From positions 1 through 64,000 of the forward strand of contig CAVNZM010000023.1 of NCBI GenBank assembly GCA_963693365.1: a stretch of 64,000 nucleotides of DNA, in the 5' to 3' direction. The notes beneath the pieces were generated by a model. It had not been told where the DNA came from, did not search any database, and worked only from the letters and a program-made list of their open reading frames with translations. Each line of letters opens with the position of its first letter. Positions within the stretch are counted from its first letter, which is position 1. Both the position numbers and the translations under genes were made by a program. Source of the stretch: Amoebidium appalachense (taxonomy: Eukaryota > Protista > Ichthyosporea). Below are positions 49,087 to 59,879 of this stretch, piece by piece.

Positions 49087-49657
49087 ATGAATTTTCCTGG
49101 CCACATCGATAACGTTCTGGAGCGGACAGTTTAAAGGTAGGGAGGTGCGCACGACCCCTGAGAACAAGCCAGGCGAGGTGCCTCGGGCAAGCGCCATAGA
49201 CATCATTATGGTCATTAACGACTGTAGCACCGAGAGAGCTCAGGCAACCTGGACCTATCAAAAAGGAAAAGAATGGGCAGTCCGTGAAAAATTCACGGAC
49301 TGGCAATTCCCAGGAGAGCGCCAGCGAAGAACACCCACACTAACAGCGAGCCAAGTAGTCAAGCTCATCAACGCGCTGCCAGGCCCGAAGGCGGCCGCGT
49401 TCCGCGACGAGAGCGCCGATGTGTTCGTGAGATACCTTGGTGGGGACGAACCCCTGTGCGCCGAGGTTAAGGACAACCGCCTGAAAGCATCCGAGACTCC
49501 CGAGGGCGTGAATGCGTTCGCTGCCGCCTCCCCAGCACCCCCGCAGCCCACCAGAACCCCTGACTCGCTGGGATTGCTATTGGATGCAAATACGCGATAC
49601 ACAACAGCTCAGTCCAATCACATGCCTTTTTATTTTAAGTTCAGCGACCGAATGTGA
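49087..49657 (+). CDS. Second member of the same BRO-like family (start possibly frameshifted)
   Basis: ASAIDII...LPGPKAAAFRDESADVFVRYLGGDEPLCAEV. The frame is open upstream of GTG 49145; ATG 49087 is out of frame by one T in a T4 run. Confidence 0.6.
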
Positions 49658-49836
49658 TTGGGCAGAAATATCATTCCGGTACCATTGGCTCGTTTTGTTC
49701 AATTTTATGGCCATTGCGTCATCGTGGTCCAGTCGGGTGGGTTTTGATTGCGTCACCGCGGCTCACAGTCATGTATTCAGCCCGACAACGTTGACAAGCA
49801 GCCAGTAGCGAGCAGTCTGTCCATCCATGATCCACA

Positions 49837-52800
49837 ATGAGCCACCCCGGAAACGTTGTTCTTAGGGATGTCGAACGGGACTGGGAGCGCCTGGTGGGGC
49901 GCAGGATCGACCGGACCCTGCACCAATTCTGCGGCCTCACGCAGGAGGATATACCCGCTTTGGCGCGCCTGTGTATTGCGCTTCTGGACCACGACTACAC
50001 CATCCGGAGGAGCGGCGTCGAACCCGTTTACGCGGTCAAGTCGGTGGTTTCGCAAATCCGCAACACCCCGCTGCCCAACGCGAAACCTTACGACCCCCTG
50101 TTCACGATCCTGTCCGGCAAGTGCCAGGTGGGCAAAACGTACGAGATCTGCCTCCTGTGCTGGGTCTCGTACTTCATTGACGGGTGCATCCCCGCCGTTC
50201 TCATCAAGACCCGTGGGGGCGTGGCTGCCGGGCCCACGTTCCAGGCGAGTTTCTCAAAGTCCTTCAACACGGTCATCGCCCGGCTGCTTGTCGAGCATCG
50301 CGAAGACTGGGGCCTGCCCACCGAATGGTTCCGCGTTAACGCGGAGGGGGTTGTGGAAGCGATCGAGGCATATACCGGGCGGTTCTACATCGGCTCCACG
50401 CCCCCCTCCCCGAAGTACCGACCAAACGAGGTGCGGGGGGTACTGAACGAGGCACGCATACTGCTGTCAAACGACACACAGGTGCCCAACTTTGTGAGGT
50501 ATTTGGGGGCGGCGACCAATCGGATCGGCTTCAAGCGTGATTCTCTTGGGGGTTGGCGGTTTCGGGCTACTTTGATCCTGGACGAAATCCACGAGACGGC
50601 CACCGGACGCCACGGCGACACGTTTTAACGCCTGGGAGAATCTCTTTTATTATTTTAACCCGACGCTTGCCCGCGTGTGGGACAGTGCTCGAGAGTTTTG
50701 GGACCTCCCCCAGCAAGACTTCAAGAGCTTCGCGGGGGCCGCGTTCAAGTGCGTGGGCGTGACGGCCACGCCTGTTGCCATGCTCAGCTGCCCGTTCCCC
50801 CTGCGAATCGTTGACATGCCCGTGCCGGACACCTACATAGGCTACGCGGCGCCGGGGCATGTGTACCGGCCACACTACGAGATCGAGCGTCGGTTCACGC
50901 CTGAGCGACTCAGCAACGCGCCAGTCGCCAAGTCCCTTTTCTACGACGTCGTCGTCTCTGGCCTGAATGATAACCTGACGGTCAACGAGGTGTTGGAGCA
51001 GGGGGGGTACCCACGTGGGCGAATCACGGCTAAGGCAAAGGCGACCATTCCGTACCTGGCGGCCGTTGTGGGGCGCCTGGACGCGATGCTCAAGGAGCGC
51101 GTCACCGCCGAGCGCGTTGACGAGGAAGGCATCAACATGGCCATTGCCGATATGCTCGAGTCCGACACATGGTGCGAGCAACTGCTGGTCATGACCGACA
51201 AGACCAAGGTCCTTACCACGCAGGAGCCCATCTTCAGGCACATCGCCGGCTTCGTCGACGACGGCCTCGTGGTTGTGTTGTGGCGCTACAACAAGCTGCA
51301 AATCAGGGCACACGTGGACCTGTACAAGTGGCTGGTGGAGGCCGCGAACGCCGTGCTGGAGAGTGTCAGCGTCGACGACGATGCAAGGGCGTATGTGGAG
51401 CGTAAGATCATCGGTGGCGACGATGACGATTCGGACAGCGAAACCGGAGAGGCCTACACGTTCACTATCAAACACAAGCCCCTCCTGATCATCGGGATGC
51501 CGCTCGATGCCCTCTGGCGTTGGTCCGACGAAATGGGCCGCCCGTTCAAGGTGGCCATCATAGCGGGTGACATGGCCCGATGCGGGGTCACGTTCAAGCC
51601 CACCCACAAGTGCGGGCGCAACATGCACCGCGGCCTGCTGACGCGCATGTATGCTGGCTTCACTTGCTTGGCAGGGATGCGGTCGGGATCGGGATCCACC
51701 TCGAGGACGATCCACCTCGAAGCGGCCTCGCAGATATGTGGACGGCTGTGCTCCATTGCCCCCGACCCATCCGCGGTCACCCAAGCCCCCATACTCTATG
51801 CGCCCGAGACGGTGCATGCGCTCCACGAGCTCGCGCTGTTGGTGATGGCACGTGTGGGCGAAGCCACCAGGCTGTACGATAGGGCTGTTGGCTTCGAAAT
51901 ACTCGTTCGCCAAGCGCTTGCGGACGATCCCGTGTACTTCGAATGTCTGGGGGCGGTGTGTCGGCAGCTCGAGGCGGTCGACGGCAATGACAGGATGCAC
52001 CGGGGGGATATCTGCGTGTCGCGACCAGAACTCCAGAAGAGAACATTCAAGAGAGCCTATGGTGCCCTGCGCGTTGAGTACGGTGAGGACCTTCCTGGCT
52101 ACGACATGGTCAAGAGGATCCGCCCAGACAGACCGCTTGTCACGAAGGACGACGTGCGGTCCATGGACCTCAGCGACGCACGCGCCCTCCCCCCGCCTCC
52201 GCCGCCCACAAAGACGCTGGCTAAACTGCTCGCCACGGTGGTCGTGCGCCTGGTCATCGAGCCAAGCGAAGCGTGGCACTACCGCGCCGAGAACTATTTC
52301 GCGCGGCCGACGGGCAAGAACGGCGCGCCCACGGCCAGCGTGGTGACGATCAAGGAAAAGCTGCCCGCACTTCGCCACCTGGTCGTGGGGTTTGAGTTCG
52401 TGTCCCTGGATGAGGCCGCGGATGCCACAGGGACGCTCGCACAGTATGTGGACGCGGGTGCGAACGACGAGGCCGCGCGTCCATGGACCGCCACACCGGA
52501 CGACCTTGCTCGGCGCCTGCGCGTGTGCAACGACGGCGAATACAAGATGGAGGTCGCGGCCACACTCGAGGCCCAGGAGGCGCTCTTGGCCACACTCGGT
52601 GTGCCGCTTGTGGACGGCGTGTTCACGGTGCCGACGGTGCTGCGCGACGCCATCGTCGACTGCTACCGCAAGACCGTGGGGTCCGCGGGGCAGCAGGCCC
52701 GTAGGCGCAAGGGCGGGCGTGCCGCGGAGGACGGGGTCGGGTCGCGGCCAAGAAGGGCAACGCGCGCGCGCCGGGGTGCTGCAGCGGAGGACCACGAAGT

Positions 52801-53299
52801 TCCAGCCCCGGCCGCGGCCGAGGTCGGGCCGCAACCGGGGCGGGCCAAGCGTGCACGCCGCGGGGCTGCAGGCGCCGCCGCGGGCGCGGCGCCCAGTCCC
52901 GAGATCGCTCGCATTTTCCAATGTCTTCTCAGGGACGACTTTGTCGCCATGTCGTTGCTGCTGGAAGAGGGCGTGGACATGTCGACGTTCCAGTGGCGCA
53001 AACAGGCGGCGCGCGGCAAGAAGTGGATGCAGGCGTACCAGCCATGGATCGAATACGTGCCGAAATCCGGGGAGAACGACTTGACGCTGCACATGCTGGC
53101 CGCGGCGTTCATCCACGGCAGGGGCGACGTGCGCGGCGTGGCGCGCGAGGGTGTAATGACAAAGCAGTGGCAATGCCATTTGACCAAGTTCGTCACGGGT
53201 AGCAAGGGAAATACATGGCGGTCTTACGTTTCCGGTGGTCCGGTGCTCGTTAAGGAAGGGAAAGTCTGGCGACTCAACCCATTGAGCCCACTTGCATGA
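49837..53299 (+). CDS. Large SF2-like helicase/ATPase resembling Z1-domain-associated helicases; +1 frameshift at 50623-50626
   Basis: Motifs SGKCQVGKT (Walker A), LILDEIH (Walker B), GVTATP, PDTYIGY, IAGDMARCGVTF..GLLTRMY and QICGRL. Deleting one T joins the two ORFs (DTFNAWENLFYYFNPTLARVWD), about 1150 aa. Confidence 0.7.
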
Positions 53300-53301
53300 T
53301 G

Positions 53302-54204
53302 TCACGATGTTGGTTCGAGTGGGGGGGGCAAGTTGGTTAATATTAACGATGCAAACCTCGGTGGTACGGCGTTTGCTATTAGAATATGCATTGCAATGAT
53401 GTTTAGCGGGAGCTCTGTTATGTAGCCAGTTGGGAACGTCTGGACGCTCTCTTTTTCTGTAATAGTCATGTTGCGTATATATCGAAACTCGGCATCCCAT
53501 AAATAAAACCCTTTTGATGTCATCGTGAACAGAAGACCGTCAATTGGACGTGGGGCCCCCACACCATGGCGGTATTTCAAGCCCCCCTCTAACCACGCCT
53601 CCAAACGCCCCTGCGACAATGAACTGTTTGTTATCCATGCCGTGTCTCTGGACGTTATTACATCTTTGGGAGATGGGGTTTGAACGAAGGGCAATGTCGA
53701 CGGATCCCACCCATCGTATGCAATGAGTCGTCTGCGGGTCTGGCACACTCCGTGGTCGGCCATGTTGACGATGACATATGGCACTCCTTCTCGACCTAGA
53801 AGACTTCTTAGACGTGGGTGGTTGACCTCCTCCACGGAGAAACTGTCATATGGCAAGGAATCAAAGAGATCGAGCATGTACAAAATCAGCTCCAATGTGT
53901 TGTCCTGGTCCCCCGCGTGATTGCGCGCGCTCGACAGCTCCTGGCACGGCGGGCTCGCATGCACGTGCAGGTGGTCGCCTGCCTCCATGGCCGGTACGGC
54001 CTCCATCAGCTCGCGCGCAAAGTCCTCTGCGGGCACGTCGCCTATGGTGCGCAGCATGTGCACGGCCCCGGGGTGGCGGGTGCGGTGCACCTCCAGCGCC
54101 ACGTCCCAGCTGTCGACCGCCACCGCCACCACCGCACCCGCCTGTCGCGCACCCTCACTGAACCCTCCCGCGCCACAGAACAGGTCGATCACGTACACCA
54201 CCAT
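53302..54204 (-). CDS. C5 cytosine DNA methyltransferase (copy 1, intact)
   Basis: Motif I DLFCGAGG, IV SPPCQ, VI EEV (variant of ENV), VIII QTRRR, IX E...QTFP, X IANAVPP. Confidence 0.93.
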   Translation of the reverse strand: MVVYVIDLFCGAGGFSEGARQAGAVVAVAVDSWDVALEVHRTRHPGAVHMLRTIGDVPAEDFARELMEAVPAMEAGDHLHVHASPPCQELSSARNHAGDQDNTLELILYMLDLFDSLPYDSFSVEEVNHPRLRSLLGREGVPYVIVNMADHGVCQTRRRLIAYDGWDPSTLPFVQTPSPKDVITSRDTAWITNSSLSQGRLEAWLEGGLKYRHGVGAPRPIDGLLFTMTSKGFYLWDAEFRYIRNMTITEKESVQTFPTGYITELPLNIIAMHILIANAVPPRFASLILTNLPPPLEPTS

Positions 54205-54335
54205 GCTTGTGGATGCCTCGGATTTTTTGTGGATGGATCGGGGCTTCTCAAAACAAAAAACAGCCAAATACAGACTTAATTACATCCAAGCCTGCTCACA
54301 ACGCGTCCGTGCCCGGGTACGGGAACCCGACACCC

Positions 54336-55357
54336 TCACGCGTGGTCATGTCGCGGTACGTGTCGGGGTTGACCCGGGGCATCTGCATGGCCCCGGGCTT
54401 GAGACACCGGCGCCGCCGAAATTGTATTCAGAATTGCGCAGGCCATCGCCGGCGGGACTGCGTTGGCGATTAACGTTTCTCTGCTCTCTTTCGAAGGCAC
54501 GCTTAGAGCCGTGATGTAGCCACATGGGAATGTCTGGAGCTTTTCCAATTCAGATGTTTGGATCCGTCTTATATATTCGAAACGTTCGTTCCATAGGTAG
54601 AACGGACTTCGCACGACCGTGTAGAAATATGCATTGCTAGGTAGCGATTTCCATGTCGGAAACACCTGGGTTTTCTTGGGGATAGTAACTTCCATGTCGA
54701 TGGTCCTTGTATTTTCCATTGGTCCCACTCCCTTGTCTCCCTCCATGTTTGCATTCGTATTGGGTAAATGCTCGCGGGGGTAATCCACGTAGCGTGCGGG
54801 GTTGGGTCTAGTTGGCTTAGTAGCGTCGGGGGCGAGGATCTGGGCATAGCGTAAGGGTTCCAACCGTCATATGCAAATAAACGCCTACGTGTCTGGCATA
54901 CCCCATACTCCCACATGTTCAGCACAATGTACGGCACGCCTTCCTCCGCGAACAGCTCTCTCAACCCGCGGTTGTTGACCTCCTCGATTGAGAAGCTGTC
55001 GTACGGCACGCAATCGAGGAGGTCCAATGTGTATCTTACCAACTGCAACGTGTCACCCACACGCCCCAGCCCCAGGCGCATCTCCGACAGCTCCTGGCAC
55101 GGCGGGCTCGCGTGCACGTGTAGGTGGTCGCCGGCCTCCATGGCCGGCACGGCCGCCATCAGCTCGCGTGCAAAGTCCTCTGCGGGCACGTCGCCTATGG
55201 TGCGCAGCATGTGCACGGCCCCGGGGTGGCGGGCGCGGTGCACCTCCAGCGCCACGTCCCAGCTGTCGACCGCCACCGCCACCACCGCACCCGCCTGTCG
55301 CGCGCCCTCGCTGAACCCTCCCGCGCCACAGAACAGGTCGATGACGTACACCACCAT
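54336..55357 (-). pseudogene. C5 cytosine DNA methyltransferase (copy 2, frameshift in target-recognition region)
   Basis: Motifs I-VIII are in ORF 54569..55399 and motifs IX-X (ELEKLQTFP, IANAVPP) are in ORF 54336..54863. The frame change is at about 54640-54720. Confidence 0.85.
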
Positions 55358-55444
55358 GCTTGTGGATGCCACTGATTTTTTGTGAATGGAACAGGGCATC
55401 TCAAAACAATAAACACCCGAATCGAACTTTATAATACAGCCTGC

Positions 55445-56560
55445 TCACGCCGCGTCCGTGCGCGGATACGGGAACGCCACGCCCTCGCGCATGGTCATGT
55501 TGTCGCGGTACGTGTCGGGGTTGACCCCGGGCATCTGCATCGGTCCGGGCGCCTGCTGCTGGCCCATGCCCATGCCCATGTCGTCGGCCCGCATGCGCTT
55601 GAGGCTGTCGCCGAAGTCGTCCAGCTCGGATTCCCGCTTGCGCGCGAGCATGGCCGCGAAGTCCGCCGTGGGCCGCGCGTTCATGGCCGCGCCGGATGCC
55701 GCCAGCAGCGCGTTGTTCTGCGCCTGCAGGCTGCTGTTGAACGCCTGCACGGACACCTGCTGCTGGAAGTTGCGCATGCGCGTGTACTCGTCGCGCTCGG
55801 CGGCCTCGAACATGGCCATGCGCTGCGACACGTCCTCCTGGGCCTTGAACCACGGAAGCAGGAAGTTCTTCTCGAGCGCGGCCTCCTGCGCCTTGAGCTG
55901 CTCGTTCTCGGCCTGCAGGCGGAAGTACTCGAGCTCCAGCTCCATCAGGCACTGCTGTAGCAGCTTGATCTCGCGGTCGCGCTTGGTGATCTCGATGGAG
56001 TCGGCCGGCTTGCTCTGGCGCACGAGGTCGGAGAACTGCGCGGCCACCTTGTCGAACCCCGGGTCCACGCGCACGCTCAGCGCGGCCATGGTGGTCGGCG
56101 GAACGGGGTGCTCGGCCTTGACGCGGCGGCGCTGCAAGGCTTTTGTGTGCACGGGAGCCGCCAAACGCTCGATGGCTGCCGCGAGCGCGGCATCGAAAGC
56201 CTCGGGGGTCGTGTCTGGTTCCAGCCTCAGCCAGTTCTCTGCGTACTCCTCCATGCTTGCGGTTGGGTTGGGTAGGTGGCGGGGGTGGAACGCATTCGCA
56301 AACATCGGCAGCGCGAGCACGCGCCAGTCGATGCCCGGGACCATCACCGTGCCGTCGCCCGACGACGTTACATTGATCAGAGGCGCTCCGCTCGGCTGTG
56401 TGAGCCATGCGTGCAGCACGGCGAGCAGCACACCGAGGGACGTGACCATTGTGGCGTGCGCGGGACCAAACGATTCTGGATCAGGCGAAATGGCTAGCTT
56501 GATTTTTTTGGGTCTTCCCGCCAGGATCTGGTTGAGCACATCGGGGTCCATGGATTCCAT
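55445..56560 (-). CDS. Hypothetical coiled-coil protein
   Basis: ATG at 56560, strong GC3 bias, heptad region. Confidence 0.7.
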   Translation of the reverse strand: MESMDPDVLNQILAGRPKKIKLAISPDPESFGPAHATMVTSLGVLLAVLHAWLTQPSGAPLINVTSSGDGTVMVPGIDWRVLALPMFANAFHPRHLPNPTASMEEYAENWLRLEPDTTPEAFDAALAAAIERLAAPVHTKALQRRRVKAEHPVPPTTMAALSVRVDPGFDKVAAQFSDLVRQSKPADSIEITKRDREIKLLQQCLMELELEYFRLQAENEQLKAQEAALEKNFLLPWFKAQEDVSQRMAMFEAAERDEYTRMRNFQQQVSVQAFNSSLQAQNNALLAASGAAMNARPTADFAAMLARKRESELDDFGDSLKRMRADDMGMGMGQQQAPGPMQMPGVNPDTYRDNMTMREGVAFPYPRTDAA

Positions 56561-56562
56561 AA

Positions 56563-57684
56563 TTATGTGTAGCAGGCAAAATCGGTCGCGTCCACTGTGC
56601 TGTGCAGCATTGCCGTGAGCCACGCTAGGAGGACGACGTGGGTCAAGTAAACCGAGGCCTTGGTATACGATTGTTCCCGTATAAAGTCTCTTAGTTGAGC
56701 ATGCCCAATCTCTGTACCATTTGCACCCCGTTTCCTGTTTGCCAGTGCTAGGTTCCACACGACATCTGTATACCCGCTCGATGCGTCGTAGTATCTATAC
56801 GGGTGACCGGCGGGAGAGATCTGGGATGCCGTGTTCTTCTGTGCAATCCTGGCCGTGTTCACTATATCGGCGATGGTTAGGTCGGTCGCGGCGATGGCTA
56901 GCTGGGTTACAACAGCCGATGTCGCCGATGGGTACTCCGGATCTGCGCCTAAACATGACTGGACCAGTGCCTCGACCACCACGCGCGACTCGTCGTCACG
57001 CACCGCTGGCCAAGCCAGTGTGCTGGTGAAATAGGATCGCACCGAACAACCCTTCTCTGAAGCCGTACTGGCAATACCAACTACCATGCGTCTGTCCACC
57101 AACTCCAGTGTAAGCACCATCATCGATTCGTCCGTCAGATTGTGAGCATCACGGATGACCAACACGGCGCGCTTGTCGTTCTTTGCGATCCATTGGATGG
57201 CACGACGGGTGTCCGGATCGAGCAGGTCCTGGACCGTCAGGACCCATGGGAAGAGGTCAAGGGTCTTGCACACCTGGAAGACACACGTAAGCTTGCCCGC
57301 ACCACTTGGGCCGTAGAGCAGCAACCGCCCGCCGCCCCCCATTTCCGCGTGCACTCGCGATACTTCCGGCCGATTCGCGAGGATGTCGTCGACGATGTCC
57401 TCGCTTGGCGTCGACCGTTGCAGCATCACGCCAAGTTGTTTTGACAACTCGGTGTCGATGTCGGAATCGACGGAAATCCCAAGGTAATCCAACATATGCT
57501 TTCTACCCGCGCCCTTGGTGACCGCCTTTCTGATCTCAGCCTGTACACGAAGATAGCCCTTCAGTGTCCTCATTTCATTTAAGGCCTCCAACGCCTGCTG
57601 CTTTGTCGACGTCGGGGACCGTGCGTGATCTTCAACGTCGGGGTTTACACCCTCGAAAGAAACGTCCATATCATGCCCGTACAT
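56563..57684 (-). CDS. Degenerate AAA+-like ATPase
   Basis: LLLYGPSGAGKLT P-loop; the Walker B region is altered (VLVIRDAH). Confidence 0.65.
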   Translation of the reverse strand: MYGHDMDVSFEGVNPDVEDHARSPTSTKQQALEALNEMRTLKGYLRVQAEIRKAVTKGAGRKHMLDYLGISVDSDIDTELSKQLGVMLQRSTPSEDIVDDILANRPEVSRVHAEMGGGGRLLLYGPSGAGKLTCVFQVCKTLDLFPWVLTVQDLLDPDTRRAIQWIAKNDKRAVLVIRDAHNLTDESMMVLTLELVDRRMVVGIASTASEKGCSVRSYFTSTLAWPAVRDDESRVVVEALVQSCLGADPEYPSATSAVVTQLAIAATDLTIADIVNTARIAQKNTASQISPAGHPYRYYDASSGYTDVVWNLALANRKRGANGTEIGHAQLRDFIREQSYTKASVYLTHVVLLAWLTAMLHSTVDATDFACYT

Positions 57685-58065
57685 TTATTTCGGCGCGCCC
57701 CACCGGTGCAGGGGGGCGCGCGCGGGCTCGCGGTGCAGCTGGGTGAGGTCGTCGCCCATCTGCATGACGACCCACCGCAGGCGCACGATCTCGCGCACGA
57801 ACCCATCCTGGTCGTGTTGCAGGTCAGCCAGTCGGTCTATAAGCTCTCCCACCTTGTCGTAGACGGCGTGCAGGTCGCGGCGAAATTCGTCCAGCTGCCG
57901 TGCGTACATCTCCACGAGCTCCGCCCTGCGGCCCACCTCGTGCTCCAGGCGCTCGACATTGTCCCGTAGGCGCCGCACCGTTGAGTATTCATCGTTGCGC
58001 ATGGCGCGCCCTAGCAGCACCGCGTCCGAAAGGGCCGTGAGTGGCCGCATGACGGTAAGCGACAT
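57685..58065 (-). CDS. Small coiled-coil hypothetical protein
   Basis: ATG at 58065; its stop codon directly abuts the next ATG. Confidence 0.6.
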   Translation of the reverse strand: MSLTVMRPLTALSDAVLLGRAMRNDEYSTVRRLRDNVERLEHEVGRRAELVEMYARQLDEFRRDLHAVYDKVGELIDRLADLQHDQDGFVREIVRLRWVVMQMGDDLTQLHREPARAPLHRWGAPK

Positions 58066-58124
58066 TTTGTTTGGCGGGTGCACGCGTCTTTGCACGTAGA
58101 AAAAACAGCGTGATTCGAGAAACA

Positions 58125-58451
58125 TTTACGCGGCCGGCCGCGGTGATACGAGAATCAGACTTAGAAAAAAAAAACGAGTTTTATTTACGCGGCCGGCCGC
58201 GGTGATACGAGAATCAGACTTAGAAAAAAAAAAACGAGTTTTATTTACGCGGCCGGCCGCGGTGATACGAGAATCAGACTTAGAAAAAAAAACGAGTTTT
58301 ATTTACGCGTGCCGCGGTGATACGAGAATCAGACTTAGAAAAAAAAACGAGTTTTATTTACGCGGCCGGCCGCGGTGATACGAGAATCAGACTTAGAAAA
58401 AAAAAAACGAGTTTTATTTACGCGGCCGGCCGCGGTGATACGAGAATCAGA
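58125..58451. repeat. ~60-bp tandem repeat (about 5.5 units) with 14-bp palindrome CGCGGCCGGCCGCG and A-tract
   Basis: Directly visible; one unit has a partly deleted palindrome. Confidence 0.95.
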
Positions 58452-58584
58452 CGAGATACAGAAAAAGACGAACCCAGTTCGAACAGGCAGGGGTTATACA
58501 TACAAACCCCAAAGACAATCAAATAACATATAACTCCCGAGCTCACTACACTCCACTACCACTTTGCTTACAACTTGTCTTTGC

Positions 58585-59772
58585 TTACAACTTGGGACCG
58601 ACATAATCGCCAAAGGCGCGGAGGGTCATCGGCATCATGTACTCGAGCTCCTCCCATTCGGGGGACAAGGGGCCATCGGCACGAACCACGTAGATAACGT
58701 TGTTGCGGTTAGTTCTGATGCCGGTGGCTTGGTACAACCATTCGAGGTAATCGATTTCCTCGGTGCTGCTGATCTGACAACGAAAGTGCACGTGCCCGTA
58801 GTGTCGAAACCGAGGCTCGAACGTGCCCAACGCATGAACGAACTCTGCTCCCCAATGTTTACCGTTTTGAAAAACCCCGAGGAGGAAACGACCCCTGGCA
58901 GGCATGCGGTCATCAACCTGGTGGGGTTGCCACGCCGCAATCTTCCGGTGTTCGGGCATGTCTGATGCGAGGCTAGCCAGGGCATACGGTGCACACGACG
59001 CGAAGTATGGAATCGGCCCCCCCTTGTCGCGGAAAATTTCACCATTGTAGTGTGCACGGACGCCGTTCTCGTCGGCAGGGGGTAGCGGTAAGTTGATCCC
59101 CCACACCATTAAATCTTGCAAGCCAAAGAATTCATCCTCGCACAGAACGTTCCCAATGGCAAGAAGTTTGCCGTCTTCGCCGTGTGTACTCTTGGGCTTG
59201 GGTGCGGGCTGGGCTTTCTGGGGGGCACGGGGCTTTGGGGACTGGCACGGCGAGGCTGCTTGTTCGTCGTCGCGGTTCCCGATGAGAAGACTTGCCTGTT
59301 TGACAATTTCATCCAAATAGGCACCACATGAAGTCTCCGATCCTTCTTCCAAGTTCTCGCGGGTGCAGACGCATCCGAAACGCGCAAAACTCGTGCTTTT
59401 GGTTACGTTTTCGCGGTACTCGTCGCTCCGACCGACCCCGGTCAGTCGTGTCAGAATGATGGTGGAACGTTTGAATATCTGCTTTTCCTCCTCACTCGCC
59501 CAAGTGGTGATTTTGTCGGCGTGGAAACGGGCGATCAACTTCTTGATACCGCTCAACGACGCGGACTGGAGACACCCAACCCACTTGGTCAGAAGGTGCG
59601 GCGAGCAGCCAGCCGCCTCCGCCGCAATGGACAAATTGGTAAAATCCGTGTTGTCGATGAACTCGGACACGGACTTGTCGGCGTCGCCCTCCACCGATGC
59701 GAGGTAGCGCAGACCGCGGTGAATGCAATCTGGGTCAAACCTCTTGTAGTCTACAACGAGTTTGTTCGCCAT
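58585..59772 (-). CDS. Hypothetical protein with J-domain-like segment (HAD), paralog A
   Basis: IKKLIARFHADK. It shares RAHYNGE, RxPAxGRFLxG and NNxIYxVRADxPLSxEWEELE..PMTLR.F..YVGPK with 60597..62003. Confidence 0.75.
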   Translation of the reverse strand: MANKLVVDYKRFDPDCIHRGLRYLASVEGDADKSVSEFIDNTDFTNLSIAAEAAGCSPHLLTKWVGCLQSASLSGIKKLIARFHADKITTWASEEEKQIFKRSTIILTRLTGVGRSDEYRENVTKSTSFARFGCVCTRENLEEGSETSCGAYLDEIVKQASLLIGNRDDEQAASPCQSPKPRAPQKAQPAPKPKSTHGEDGKLLAIGNVLCEDEFFGLQDLMVWGINLPLPPADENGVRAHYNGEIFRDKGGPIPYFASCAPYALASLASDMPEHRKIAAWQPHQVDDRMPARGRFLLGVFQNGKHWGAEFVHALGTFEPRFRHYGHVHFRCQISSTEEIDYLEWLYQATGIRTNRNNVIYVVRADGPLSPEWEELEYMMPMTLRAFGDYVGPKL

Positions 59773-59879
59773 GTTTTTTCCACGTCTGGTTGATTGTCTG
59801 TGTGGTTGTGATCCATTTATTCCGCGTCTGTTGTTTATATATCTCAAATGGGATCTAAATGGCAAAAAATCAAGACAAA

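Noticed and set aside
50567-53500. 977-aa minus-strand ORF
   Set aside because: Antisense shadow of the GC3-rich helicase gene, with no motifs.
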